64,000 nucleotides of DNA from Bdellovibrionales bacterium (GTDB lineage Bacteria; Bdellovibrionota; Bdellovibrionia; Bdellovibrionales; UBA1609), in NCBI GenBank assembly GCA_965199825.1, contig OZ241329.1, positions 2,176,001-2,240,000 on the forward strand, written 5' to 3'. The position numbers and the translations under genes are program-made. The notes under the pieces are model-generated. The model saw only the letters and a list, made by a program, of their open reading frames with translations. It was not told the DNA's origin and made no database searches. This document shows, in pieces, positions 50,573-60,596 of this stretch. Numbering within the stretch: the first letter of the stretch is position 1; each line of letters begins with the position of its first letter.

Positions 50573-51598
50573 ATGAAATTTCTATTTATTTTTGTTTCTG
50601 TGGCTTGTTTTGCCGGACCTTTTGATTCAAGTCCTTCGCGACTGCAAAAAAGAAAGCAAATGTCTGAATCCTTTTTGTCAGGTCAGCAACAGAGAATTTT
50701 GAGCTTTAGAGACAGAAATCTGTTTGTCCGTAACAATTTAGAGTTTTCGACTGATGCCAAAGTGGTTGATCACATCATCGAGCGATTGTCCCAGATGCTC
50801 ACAATGGATTCGGTACGAATCAATGAGGTGAGCCGAACCCTTCGAGAAGTTTTAATATACCAGCCAAAATATGACCCGCGATTCTATTCTGGTTCCGCCA
50901 AGGCCAATACTGAATTGCAAAAGCATATTTTAAATTTGGGGCAACTTTTTGGACATGCTCTTGCATTTTCCAAAAACCAGCTTGAAGCAGGGGATGAATA
51001 TAAATCTCAATTGTTTACTGAATCAGCTCTTCGAGCGCTGATCGAAGCCTATCTTTCTATCGCTAATGTTACGGGCAAGCATCGTTTGCACATTGCTTTG
51101 AGCCAACGCAATTTTGACTTGCTGGCAACAGGAGGGGTGCTCGCTGGCTTTTATGGTGCTCTCCACCACAACGATGTGGTGACGTTGAGTGCAGTCCTGG
51201 TTACTCTTTTTTCGGTATTGCAGTCGAATCTTGAGGGTTACAAAGTGGAATCGTCGGATCCGATTCAACACGCCTGTCTGCCTAAAGATCCCAATTTTAT
51301 TTGGCCCGCGCTTAAGCGAAAATATTTAGAACGAGAGACACACACTTTGATGAATTCTTTTTGGTCAAAAGCGATCGAGGGATTTGCACAAAAAGGGCAT
51401 TTATTTGATATTGAACTCAAATCAAAACCGGAATGCTACAGTTATAAAGAATGGATTCGGCATGCCGAGCAGTGGGCGCTCACCACACTTGATTCCCTGA
51501 GCCGCAACAAAACAGAAAATTTATTTCATTCGATATGTAGCAAAATGCTCCAATCAGTGAAGCCAAAAATTGAAGTGAACGAAGGTAGACCAGGATAA
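50573..51598 (+). CDS. Secreted hypothetical protein, tandem paralogue 1
   Basis: Signal peptide; YQPKYDPR, ALRALIEAYLSIANVTG, hydrophobic hairpin, CSKML. Confidence 0.75.
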   Translation: MKFLFIFVSVACFAGPFDSSPSRLQKRKQMSESFLSGQQQRILSFRDRNLFVRNNLEFSTDAKVVDHIIERLSQMLTMDSVRINEVSRTLREVLIYQPKYDPRFYSGSAKANTELQKHILNLGQLFGHALAFSKNQLEAGDEYKSQLFTESALRALIEAYLSIANVTGKHRLHIALSQRNFDLLATGGVLAGFYGALHHNDVVTLSAVLVTLFSVLQSNLEGYKVESSDPIQHACLPKDPNFIWPALKRKYLERETHTLMNSFWSKAIEGFAQKGHLFDIELKSKPECYSYKEWIRHAEQWALTTLDSLSRNKTENLFHSICSKMLQSVKPKIEVNEGRPG

Positions 51599-51688
51599 TT
51601 TGTCAGTGGCAATGCCAAGACGGCACAGGAGAGTAGACTTTCTAAACCAACTTGCTGTTTGAAGTTGAGCGAATTAACACCTCTCACT

Positions 51689-52504
51689 ATGCCTTTACTT
51701 ATATTCTTAAATTTGTTTTTCGTCCAAGATCAGCCCCAGCCCGATAAAATAATTGTTTCTGAACATGTTGAGCGATTGGTCTCGAGCTTTTCGGTCCGCC
51801 CCGAAGTTCAAGAACAGCTTCGTTCAGGACTTTACGACATTGCCTCGGCTCAACGGGTGTATGATTCGGAATTTCGGACCCAACCGAATGAAGAATACAA
51901 AGATATCTTGGTCGCAATTGATCATTATGCTCAAATGTTTGCGGCCACATTGATCCAAGCATCTTTATTTAAAGATTATGACATGGATGTTGAGGCAATG
52001 ATTGTTTCACAAATGGCTTTAAAAGTAATGATTGATGCGTATCTCACGATCGCCAAAACCACCGGCAACAGAAAAGATCTCAACGCCAAAAACAGACATC
52101 TTATTGGTCAATGTTTTATGGGCAGCCTGACTCTGGGCTGCGCTCAAATTTTTATCGATTCGCCCGCACTCTTTCAAAGCGTTACCGAAGCATTGACATT
52201 GGTATTTGGAATAAATCTTTTTTTGAATACAAAAACCAGATCGGTTCCTCGCTTAAATTTGGTTTGGCCTTCGTATAGGCGAAAGATTTTGCGAGCCGAT
52301 GCCAAAAACTTAATTAAAGATTTTTGGTGGAGTGTCGAAACCCATCTTAAAAATCATCACAGTGATTTGGGCTTGAAATTAGATCACAAAAATCCCAATT
52401 TTGTTTCTTTAAGTGAAAATTGGGCCTTTGAAAAACTCAAGCAAACAGCCCAATTGCCACTTGAAAAGGTGGCGGTTCAAACATGTGCGGTGTTACTGCA
52501 ATAG
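51689..52504 (+). CDS. Secreted hypothetical protein, tandem paralogue 2
   Basis: ALKVMIDAYLTIAKTTG, hydrophobic hairpin, ENWA, ends CAVLLQ; start ATG 51689 or TTG 51659. Confidence 0.75.
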   Translation: MPLLIFLNLFFVQDQPQPDKIIVSEHVERLVSSFSVRPEVQEQLRSGLYDIASAQRVYDSEFRTQPNEEYKDILVAIDHYAQMFAATLIQASLFKDYDMDVEAMIVSQMALKVMIDAYLTIAKTTGNRKDLNAKNRHLIGQCFMGSLTLGCAQIFIDSPALFQSVTEALTLVFGINLFLNTKTRSVPRLNLVWPSYRRKILRADAKNLIKDFWWSVETHLKNHHSDLGLKLDHKNPNFVSLSENWAFEKLKQTAQLPLEKVAVQTCAVLLQ

Positions 52505-52541
52505 AATTGCGGTCAAATATCCAAAGTGGTATGACGCCTCG

Positions 52542-53600
52542 ATGAAATATTTGTTTATTTTGATTTCATTCTCCAGTTTAGCGAACACGTTTAGCCGTGA
52601 AGAACGTGCTCAAGAGATCTTGGCTGAGCAAAACACACCTGCCCTGCCGAGAATGGCTTTTGATTCTCTCTCACGTTCAGACCGCTACCGTGTGCTTATT
52701 GAGGAGCGTGCATTTCAGAAATTTGAAAAGATTAAGACTCGAACTCTCGACAACGCGAGTAAAGATTTACTTTTTCAAAGAGGTCATCAGTTCGCCTCGG
52801 ATCAAATCTTAGAGCAACAGATGATCGAAAAATTGGCAAAAGTTTTTGGCCATGAGTCCAACGAACCTGACCCATTCAAATCCGACCTTAAAAAAATTGT
52901 TCTTTATCAGCCCAAGTATGATCCAAGATCTTTTCAGCCCTACGATCAAACCCATCGACATCTTGATAAAAGAATCTCAAAACTTGCGATTCTTTTTGCC
53001 GATGCACTCTTTGTGAGCGATCAGCTTCAACAAGAAAATTCTGAGGCCGAGGTCTTTGTCCAAATTGCGGTGAGGGCCTGGATCGAGGCTTATCTGACCA
53101 TGAGTAGGGTGACGGGTGAACACACACGTCACATTCAACGCAGTCAGCTCTATTTGGCGGGATTAAGTGCTTGTGGGGCAGGTTCAGTGTGGTGCGGTCA
53201 TTTAGTTCAATCCTCCGAACTTTTGATGGGTGGCGGTCTTGTTGCGGTATTCATGGGAATCTTAGCGGTTCATGAAAACTCAAAGATAAATTCGAGAACA
53301 GATACGCCACAGTCTCCTCTCATTTCAATTTCGATGATCGAAAGAAAATATTTAGAACAGGAAATTTCGGCTGCGAAAATTCGATTTTGGAACGAGGTCC
53401 ATGGTCGTTTTAGAAAGTATCAAACCGACGATACTCTTAATTTTCCTAAGGCAAGCATAAGAGATCTGAATTATGTAGAAAAGCGCGAGGAGTGGGCAAA
53501 AAATAAATTGCTGACGATGACCCCTTCGCTTCAGGAATCATCCTTAAAAATTTGTAACAAGATGCTGAGCTCAACAAAGACTTTAACTGGCCTTAAGTAA
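52542..53600 (+). CDS. Secreted hypothetical protein, tandem paralogue 3
   Basis: ATG 52542 gives signal MKYLFILISFSSLA; YQPKYDPR, AVRAWIEAYLTMSRVTG, hairpin, CNKML. Confidence 0.75.
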   Translation: MKYLFILISFSSLANTFSREERAQEILAEQNTPALPRMAFDSLSRSDRYRVLIEERAFQKFEKIKTRTLDNASKDLLFQRGHQFASDQILEQQMIEKLAKVFGHESNEPDPFKSDLKKIVLYQPKYDPRSFQPYDQTHRHLDKRISKLAILFADALFVSDQLQQENSEAEVFVQIAVRAWIEAYLTMSRVTGEHTRHIQRSQLYLAGLSACGAGSVWCGHLVQSSELLMGGGLVAVFMGILAVHENSKINSRTDTPQSPLISISMIERKYLEQEISAAKIRFWNEVHGRFRKYQTDDTLNFPKASIRDLNYVEKREEWAKNKLLTMTPSLQESSLKICNKMLSSTKTLTGLK

Positions 53601-56465
53601 ATTCAAATATCCAAGGATCACTTCGGCTAGAACATCTTTTTTGGTGGGTTTTGAAATAAAATTGTTCATTCCCGCATTCAAACACATTTCGCGATCCCGT
53701 CCTGTGGCATTGGCGGTGAGTGCAATAATAGGTAGGGGTGTGAGCGAGTGCTCTTTTTCTTTTTTGCGGATCAATCGAGTGGCTTCAAATCCATCCATTT
53801 CGGGCATCTGGCAATCCATCAACACCAAATGATACTCGGCACCACTTAAGGCCTCTAGAACCTCTCGTCCATTGGCCACAGCATGAGCTTGAAACCCAAG
53901 TTTTTTGAGTTGGGCAAGAGTTAACAGTTGGTTGACCGAATTGTCTTCGGCAACCAAGATTCTAAATTTTGTAAGCTCAGATTTTTCGGGCAGGTTGAAT
54001 GGAAGTGTTGGGGTAAGGGTCAATTGGGCTTGACCCATTTCAAGCGGGATTCGAAATCGAAAATAAGATCCTTGGCCTTCAGCAGTTTCTAAAAAGATTT
54101 CGCCCTTCATCAGCTCAACAAGTTGCTTACAAATCGAAAGCCCAAGACCTGTGCCGCCAAATTTTCGTGCGGTTGTCTCATCTGCCTGAACAAAGGGTTG
54201 AAATAAACGTCTTGCGGCTTCGGGACTTAAACCAATTCCTGTGTCACGCACACCAAATTCGATCACTGTTGTTTTAGAGGTGCGATGAATCACATTTGCG
54301 GTCACGTCGATCGATCCACGTGCGGTAAACTTAATCGCATTTGAAATCAAATTTAAAATAATTTGGCTAATTCGGCCTGAGTCACCTTTGAGATTGATCG
54401 GTAACTGCGAATCACAAATCATGTTGAGCTTCAAACCCTTTTCGCGGGCCTTTACACCCAAGAGTTCAATTTGTGATTCCATTAACGTAACCGGATTAAA
54501 ATCAAGCAGCTCGAGATGCAATTTGCCCGCATCCATTTTTGAAAAATCCAAAATATCATTAATGATCTTTAATAAATGACTGCCGGAGCTTTGAACGATT
54601 GAGGCGTATTTGTGTTGTTTGGCATCGAGTGGTGTTTCGATTAAAAGATCGGTCATCCCAATAATGCCATTTAAAGGCGTGCGAATCTCATGGCTCATAT
54701 TGGCAAAGAACATCGATTTGGCATGGGCCGCATCTAGAGCATTTTGTCTTGCAGCGATCAGATCAAATTCATTTTGTTTGCGTTTTGTAATATCCGAAAT
54801 AAACGCAATAAACGAGTAAACATTATTTGTTAATATCGAAGTGATCGAAAATTGGATCGGAAACCGGGTGCCATCTTTTTTTAGAGCTTCGATTTCGATG
54901 GTTCGGTGCACAAGGTGACTTGCACCGGTTTGAATATACATTTTAAGGCCATATTCAAAATGATGCTGATCTTCGGGTGGAATAATTTTTTGAATGAGGC
55001 TGTAACCCACAATATCAAACGAAGTGTGTCCAAAAATCTTTTCGGCTTGGACATTCCAGTCGGTCACTCGACCTTGTTGGTCGATTCCAATAATGGCATC
55101 GAATGCTGAGTTAACGATAGCTCTTAATCGAGCCTCATTTTTTTCGATCGCCTTTGCCGCATGCTTTTCGACTGCCAAATTTAACAGCTCATTTTCGGTC
55201 TTTTTTTGATCGTGAATATCAGTAGCAGTCCCAAACCACTTTATGATTTGACCTTGAAGATCTCTTGTTGCAACTGCCCGACACAAATGCCAGCGGTACT
55301 GAGAGTCTCCTGCTCTTAGCAGTCGGACTTCAACCTCAAAGGGTGTTCCACTTGAAATTGAAAAATCCCACCGGTTGAGATATCTCATCTGATCATCTTT
55401 ATGCATGGCTTTGATCCAACCAAATTGTTCGGTGTCAGAAGCATTCATCCCGGTATAGTCAAACCAGCGCTGATTGTAATAATCAAAAACGCCATCTTTA
55501 CTCGCGGTCCAAAGAATTTGGGGGGAGAGTTGGGTGACCAATTTGTATTGCTCGTCCGACTCTCGTTTTTTAATATCTGCGGCGTGCATCACCACCGCGT
55601 TTCTTAAGATGAGTACCACAAAAAATAATGTGTTTCCGGTAACCAAAAATACGGGGCTAAAATCTGGGCTTAAAAATCCTGTAGATTCAAAATAATTTTG
55701 GAGCCATCGCATCAGGGGTGGGACAGCAACCGCCCATATCAATAGATTTTTGGCAAGTTGAGCTCCGGCGCTCTCGCTGAGAAGCATCCGCATAAATCCA
55801 TCTTTGGTTTTTGCACCAAGAAAGCTTAAGGACACCAAAGAAACTAAGACGGTGGTGTGAAGAGCCATTTGGGTATAAAACGCAAAACCAAAGGCGTTTT
55901 TGACCCCAAAGATATAAGAAATAAAAGCCTGAAACGCGATCACTAAGGATAAAAATCCAAGGAGCTGCGCAAATCTGGGAAAGGTTTTGATCCTATTAAA
56001 ATTTAAAAATTGCGCCGAACTCATGACGATCATCAAAAATGCGGTGATTGGTGCAAGCCGTCCTGGCGGAAAAAGTCCTGTACGCCCGCTGCCATCGACA
56101 AATAAAAATTCATCGATTCCTAAATTGAGATCGAATCTATATTCGATCAGAGTGGCTACGCCAATTACTAGCGCAACAAGTGATGGCACAAGCGTCCATG
56201 TATTATTTTGATTCGCTTTAAATGATTCACTGCGATTGAGATAATTTGTAAACGCGAGGAGCGATAAACCAATTGCAGTGTTTGTTTTCATGGTGATGTA
56301 GCCAGGTATGATACATTTGAACAGATCAATATCGAATTCCCAACCGAGCAATACAATGGCTGCGATGGCGAACACACAGGTGACGCAAAGTCTCACAAAT
56401 TGCTCAGAATTGGGTTTAAAAAAGTTTAACGCCTTCACCTCTCTCACATCGGATGGATTTTCCAA
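53583..56465 (-). CDS. Hybrid sensor kinase (multi-TM sensor, 2 PAS, HisKA, HATPase, REC)
   Basis: ANMSHEIRTPLNG, NLISNAIKFT, GGTGLGL, AEDN...MDCQMP...SKP. Confidence 0.93.
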   Translation of the reverse strand: MENPSDVREVKALNFFKPNSEQFVRLCVTCVFAIAAIVLLGWEFDIDLFKCIIPGYITMKTNTAIGLSLLAFTNYLNRSESFKANQNNTWTLVPSLVALVIGVATLIEYRFDLNLGIDEFLFVDGSGRTGLFPPGRLAPITAFLMIVMSSAQFLNFNRIKTFPRFAQLLGFLSLVIAFQAFISYIFGVKNAFGFAFYTQMALHTTVLVSLVSLSFLGAKTKDGFMRMLLSESAGAQLAKNLLIWAVAVPPLMRWLQNYFESTGFLSPDFSPVFLVTGNTLFFVVLILRNAVVMHAADIKKRESDEQYKLVTQLSPQILWTASKDGVFDYYNQRWFDYTGMNASDTEQFGWIKAMHKDDQMRYLNRWDFSISSGTPFEVEVRLLRAGDSQYRWHLCRAVATRDLQGQIIKWFGTATDIHDQKKTENELLNLAVEKHAAKAIEKNEARLRAIVNSAFDAIIGIDQQGRVTDWNVQAEKIFGHTSFDIVGYSLIQKIIPPEDQHHFEYGLKMYIQTGASHLVHRTIEIEALKKDGTRFPIQFSITSILTNNVYSFIAFISDITKRKQNEFDLIAARQNALDAAHAKSMFFANMSHEIRTPLNGIIGMTDLLIETPLDAKQHKYASIVQSSGSHLLKIINDILDFSKMDAGKLHLELLDFNPVTLMESQIELLGVKAREKGLKLNMICDSQLPINLKGDSGRISQIILNLISNAIKFTARGSIDVTANVIHRTSKTTVIEFGVRDTGIGLSPEAARRLFQPFVQADETTARKFGGTGLGLSICKQLVELMKGEIFLETAEGQGSYFRFRIPLEMGQAQLTLTPTLPFNLPEKSELTKFRILVAEDNSVNQLLTLAQLKKLGFQAHAVANGREVLEALSGAEYHLVLMDCQMPEMDGFEATRLIRKKEKEHSLTPLPIIALTANATGRDREMCLNAGMNNFISKPTKKDVLAEVILGYLNLLKAS

Positions 56466-56546
56466 AAACTGGATCGGATAAAGGGCTAACTCTCAAGGTT
56501 ATTTGTCTAAACTCTAATTTATTGTAGGCCGAGGAGTAGCTTCGGT

Positions 56547-59500
56547 ATGCGGAACTTAAAGTCTCCTCTTTTTAACATAATCTTTTCGCTCGAAGACAAT
56601 CGAGTGATCGGCCCCGTTTTGACGTTGGTCACCATTGCAGCGATGCAAATCCTCTCTAACACTTCATTGGTTTATTATATTCCTTCTCCCTTAAGTTTAA
56701 TGGTTGTTGTGCTTTTTTATTCTCTTCTTCGAGGAGGAAAAAATTCTGGATTGTTTTCTGCTTTTTTTACCGCGATTTATTTGATTCATTATCTTAAAAC
56801 GAATCATGTCTTTGCTACAAATCCTGAAGAGGCTTGGAATAGAATCGTCAGTTGGACTTTTGCACTCCCAATTATTGTGATGATTATTTCTTCATCAAAG
56901 CAAAAGGCAGTCCGAGTTGCAGTGACCGCCGATCGCGACCGAAAGATTGAAGGTATCGCTGAAGCAATTCCGCATATCGTTTGGACAACAAATCCTGACG
57001 GCTTGGTCACATACTTTAATCAGCGTTGGTTTGATTTTACCGGGTTAACGGTTGAACAAAGTATGGGTCAAAACTGGGCCCAGATTCTTCATCCAGAAGA
57101 CTATCAAAATAGTCTCGAAATCTGGAACCACGCCCTCTCAACGGGCCAAGTGTATTTGGTCAGTTACAGATTAAAGAGTTATGAAGGAATTTATCGGTGG
57201 CATAGTGCTAGAGCACTTCCAATTAAAGATCAAAAAGGCAAAATTGTTTCTTGGGTTGGAACTTGTACCGATATTGATGATCAAAAAAGAGCCTCAGATA
57301 TTCTTGAATCTACAGTGGCAAAAAGGACGTCCGAAGTTTATAAACAAAAAAACTTTTTAGAATCGATTTTAAATACGGTCAGTGAACGCATTTTGGTAGT
57401 AGATAAAGATGGCAAACTCGTTTTGGCCAATCCCAATATGAAAGATGCGATGAAGCAAGACATCACCAATGTTTCTACTTCTGAACGCTCAAAGGCATTT
57501 GGGCTGTTGCTGCCCGATCGGGTCACTCCTATGCCGGCCTCTGAGACTCCATCGAGTCGGGCATTGAGAGGCGAGGTTGTTGAGAATCAAGAAATATTTG
57601 TGATCAGCCCGCGATTTCCGAATGGGTGCTACGCCCTTTGTTCGGCAAGTCCTATTCGCGACGAAGATGGAAATATTATTGGCGCCGTCTCTGTTTCAAG
57701 GGATATCTCCACTCTGAAACAAACCGAGAGAGAATTAAAAGTAAATAGAGATGATTTAGAAGGGCGAGTGCGTGCCCGCACCATGGAACTCCAATCGCTA
57801 ATTAGTGCGATCCCCCAAATCGTTTGGACCGCCAATGTGGATGGATATCATGATTTTGTAAATCAACAGTGGATCAACTACACAGGAATGACGCTTGAAA
57901 ACGTCAACTATTTTGGTTGGGAAGGTGTGATCCACCCTGAGGATTTGCCATCATTCAAAAAACGCTGGCAGGCCTCAATTGAAAAGGGCGAAAATTACGA
58001 ATTTGAATGTCGCCTTTTGCGTCACTCCGATCAAAGTTATCGATGGCATGTTTTAAAAGCTCACGCCTTATTAAATCTTGATGGTCAAATCACCAAGTGG
58101 TTTGGAACCTACACCGATATTCATGATCACAAGATTGCCTTTAATGAAATGACCGAAGCCAAAAAACGGGTGGACACGGTTGTTCGCAATATTGACGCAA
58201 TAATTTTTTCGATCAATAAAGATGGTGTTATGACTTTTGCCGACGGCAAAGGATACAATGCGGTCGGGCTTCGGCCGCAGGACCGAATCGGAAAATCTCT
58301 TTTTGAGCTTTACAAAGACCGGCCCGATTTTTTAAAGCCGATTTATCCCGCTCTTAAAGGTGAACGATCGAGTGCGAGAGTCAAAATCAACAGCCTCTGG
58401 CATCAAATTGTTTATGAACCAATGCAAGATGCAGACGGCAATGTGATTGGTGCAACTGGAATTGCTCTTAATGTTCACGATCAAGAGTTGGCCCAACGTA
58501 TTTTAGGTGAAACCCAAGAAAAGTTAAAAGCGATTTTAAAACATGTGCCCTTTGCGTTCTGGGCAATGGATTTGAATCGAAACATTATCTTCCGTGAAGG
58601 TATTGGACTCAATGGGATGAGCTCGCAAGAGTTGATTGGAAAAAATATTAGTGAGGTTTATAAAGACTCACCCAAAGTGATTGTTGCAATCGAGCGGGTG
58701 TTTCTTGGTGAATCTTTTGAGATGGTCATGCAACACGGAACAAAATGGTACAACGTTGCCTTTGCTCCTTCGTTTGACGAAAAGGGTTTGATCAACGGAA
58801 TTTCTGGAATCACCTTTGACATCACCGACCGAAAAAAAATCGAGCTCGACAACAACGAACTCGAGATAACGGCGCGTGCTGCAAACGAGACCTCACGCCT
58901 GAAATCTGATTTTCTTGCCAATATGAGCCACGAAATCCGAACTCCAATTAATGGCGTGATCGGTATGATGGGTCTCCTCGCAGATACTCGTTTACAAGAC
59001 GAGCAGCGCGAGTACGTCGAATCGGCAAAAACTTCGGCCGATGCTTTGCTCACCATCATCAATGACATTTTGGATTTCTCAAAGGTCGAAGCCGGCAAAC
59101 TTGAATTTGAAAATGTCAATTTTGATCTGACTCATTTATTTAAAGAAGTTTTGAACTCATTTTCATTTCAAGCCAAACACAAAGATTTGGGTCTTGTTTT
59201 GTTGATTGATCCAAACACCACCAAATATGTCAGTGGAGATCCTGGTCGAATCAAGCAGGTCCTTAATAATTTGTTAAGTAATGCGATTAAGTTTACCTCG
59301 GCTGGCCAAATATCGGTGGCGGTCAAATCAGAAGGCCGAGTCGCCGATAAAAATATGATCCGTGTTGAAGTCAAAGACACCGGAATTGGAATTCCAAAAG
59401 GTGCACTCTCTCGGATGTTTCAAGTTTTCTCACAAGCCGATGCTTCAACCACAAGACGTTTTGGTGGCACAGGTTTAGGACTTTCGATCAGTAAGCAGCT

Positions 59501-60041
59501 GATAGAAAAAATGGGAGGCGAGATCGGTGTGATCAGCCACGACGGCGAAGGTTCAAACTTTTGGTTTACCATCGCACTTCCAGAGGGTGCAAAAGTTGAA
59601 AAATCAAAATTCTCCACAGCCGGAAATTTTGCCGAACTTTCGGATAAAAAATTTCGAGTCCTGGTGGCTGAAGACAATCTGGTCAATCAAAAGATCGCAC
59701 TTAAAGTTCTCCAAAAGATGGGCTTGAGTGTTGAGGCTGTGGCCAACGGTCATGAAGCTATCGATGCCTTACGTTCGGTTCCTTATGATTTGGTACTGAT
59801 GGATTGCCAAATGCCAGAGCTTGACGGCTACGAAGCCGCTCGCCTTATTCGGAGCAGTCGCACCCTTCCTCGAAACCAAATTCCAATTGTGGCTATGACC
59901 GCCAATGCCATTCGTGGTGACAAAGAAAAGTGTTTGGCTGCGGGAATGAACGATTATATTTCGAAACCGGTCAAAACAGATGAGTTGTTTGCGGTATTGA
60001 AGAAGTGGTTGATGCCGGACCCAGCCCGTAAAGCAAGTTAG
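56547..60041 (+). CDS. Hybrid sensor kinase (TM domain, about 5 PAS, HisKA, HATPase, REC)
   Basis: Repeated PAS (IPHIVW..YFNQRW, IPQIVW..FVNQQW), ANMSHEIRTPING, GGTGLGL, MDCQMP. Confidence 0.93.
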   Translation: MRNLKSPLFNIIFSLEDNRVIGPVLTLVTIAAMQILSNTSLVYYIPSPLSLMVVVLFYSLLRGGKNSGLFSAFFTAIYLIHYLKTNHVFATNPEEAWNRIVSWTFALPIIVMIISSSKQKAVRVAVTADRDRKIEGIAEAIPHIVWTTNPDGLVTYFNQRWFDFTGLTVEQSMGQNWAQILHPEDYQNSLEIWNHALSTGQVYLVSYRLKSYEGIYRWHSARALPIKDQKGKIVSWVGTCTDIDDQKRASDILESTVAKRTSEVYKQKNFLESILNTVSERILVVDKDGKLVLANPNMKDAMKQDITNVSTSERSKAFGLLLPDRVTPMPASETPSSRALRGEVVENQEIFVISPRFPNGCYALCSASPIRDEDGNIIGAVSVSRDISTLKQTERELKVNRDDLEGRVRARTMELQSLISAIPQIVWTANVDGYHDFVNQQWINYTGMTLENVNYFGWEGVIHPEDLPSFKKRWQASIEKGENYEFECRLLRHSDQSYRWHVLKAHALLNLDGQITKWFGTYTDIHDHKIAFNEMTEAKKRVDTVVRNIDAIIFSINKDGVMTFADGKGYNAVGLRPQDRIGKSLFELYKDRPDFLKPIYPALKGERSSARVKINSLWHQIVYEPMQDADGNVIGATGIALNVHDQELAQRILGETQEKLKAILKHVPFAFWAMDLNRNIIFREGIGLNGMSSQELIGKNISEVYKDSPKVIVAIERVFLGESFEMVMQHGTKWYNVAFAPSFDEKGLINGISGITFDITDRKKIELDNNELEITARAANETSRLKSDFLANMSHEIRTPINGVIGMMGLLADTRLQDEQREYVESAKTSADALLTIINDILDFSKVEAGKLEFENVNFDLTHLFKEVLNSFSFQAKHKDLGLVLLIDPNTTKYVSGDPGRIKQVLNNLLSNAIKFTSAGQISVAVKSEGRVADKNMIRVEVKDTGIGIPKGALSRMFQVFSQADASTTRRFGGTGLGLSISKQLIEKMGGEIGVISHDGEGSNFWFTIALPEGAKVEKSKFSTAGNFAELSDKKFRVLVAEDNLVNQKIALKVLQKMGLSVEAVANGHEAIDALRSVPYDLVLMDCQMPELDGYEAARLIRSSRTLPRNQIPIVAMTANAIRGDKEKCLAAGMNDYISKPVKTDELFAVLKKWLMPDPARKAS

Positions 60042-60053
60042 AGCCACAAGCAA

Positions 60054-60596
60054 TTAAAGGGGCCAGCTTAATAAAGATTGAAAGGTTTTTTTGGCACCCT
60101 CAATCACATCCTGATCCCAAGATTCATCCAAGAGAGACAGTTCCTTTAAAAATCCTTGCCACATTGGTCCGGTATTTTTGCCGTAACCTGCAAAAAAATG
60201 GTGCGGCATCTCGGGAAATTTTTTTGAAAAATGTTTTACAATCATTTGTCCGCCAAGACTTGAACCTTCGATCACGTAAAGGGCTCCCCACAACTCGGCT
60301 TCGTTTTTAAGTTGAGGAATTCCGATTGGATCTTGATTTTGATTTCCAAGATCTTTGATAAGGCCTTCGAGTTTTGTTCGGTCTTTAAGATAAAATTCGG
60401 TGGCGTGATTTGAAGGGATGAGGCGTAAGTGCTCTTCGAACGTCTTATGAAAGCGATAAAACAATGTCAGAATATCTTTGTACTGAGCTTGGGTAATCTC
60501 AGGTTTAAGTAAACCCATTTTATTTTCCACTGCCATATGAGATGGGTGGGTGGCTTCGCGCAGTTTTTCTCTGAGAGGTTTAAATGTGGACAGCAT
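60054..60596 (-). CDS. bphO: Biliverdin-producing heme oxygenase (BphO-type)
   Basis: LREATHPSH, GALYVIEGSSLGG, FFAGYG...W..F, GA..TF. Confidence 0.88.
   Translation of the reverse strand: MLSTFKPLREKLREATHPSHMAVENKMGLLKPEITQAQYKDILTLFYRFHKTFEEHLRLIPSNHATEFYLKDRTKLEGLIKDLGNQNQDPIGIPQLKNEAELWGALYVIEGSSLGGQMIVKHFSKKFPEMPHHFFAGYGKNTGPMWQGFLKELSLLDESWDQDVIEGAKKTFQSLLSWPL

Noticed and set aside
56508..56535. TAAA-N16-GCCGAGGA as a sigma-28 promoter
   Set aside because: Spacing is off and the -10 box coincides with the RBS
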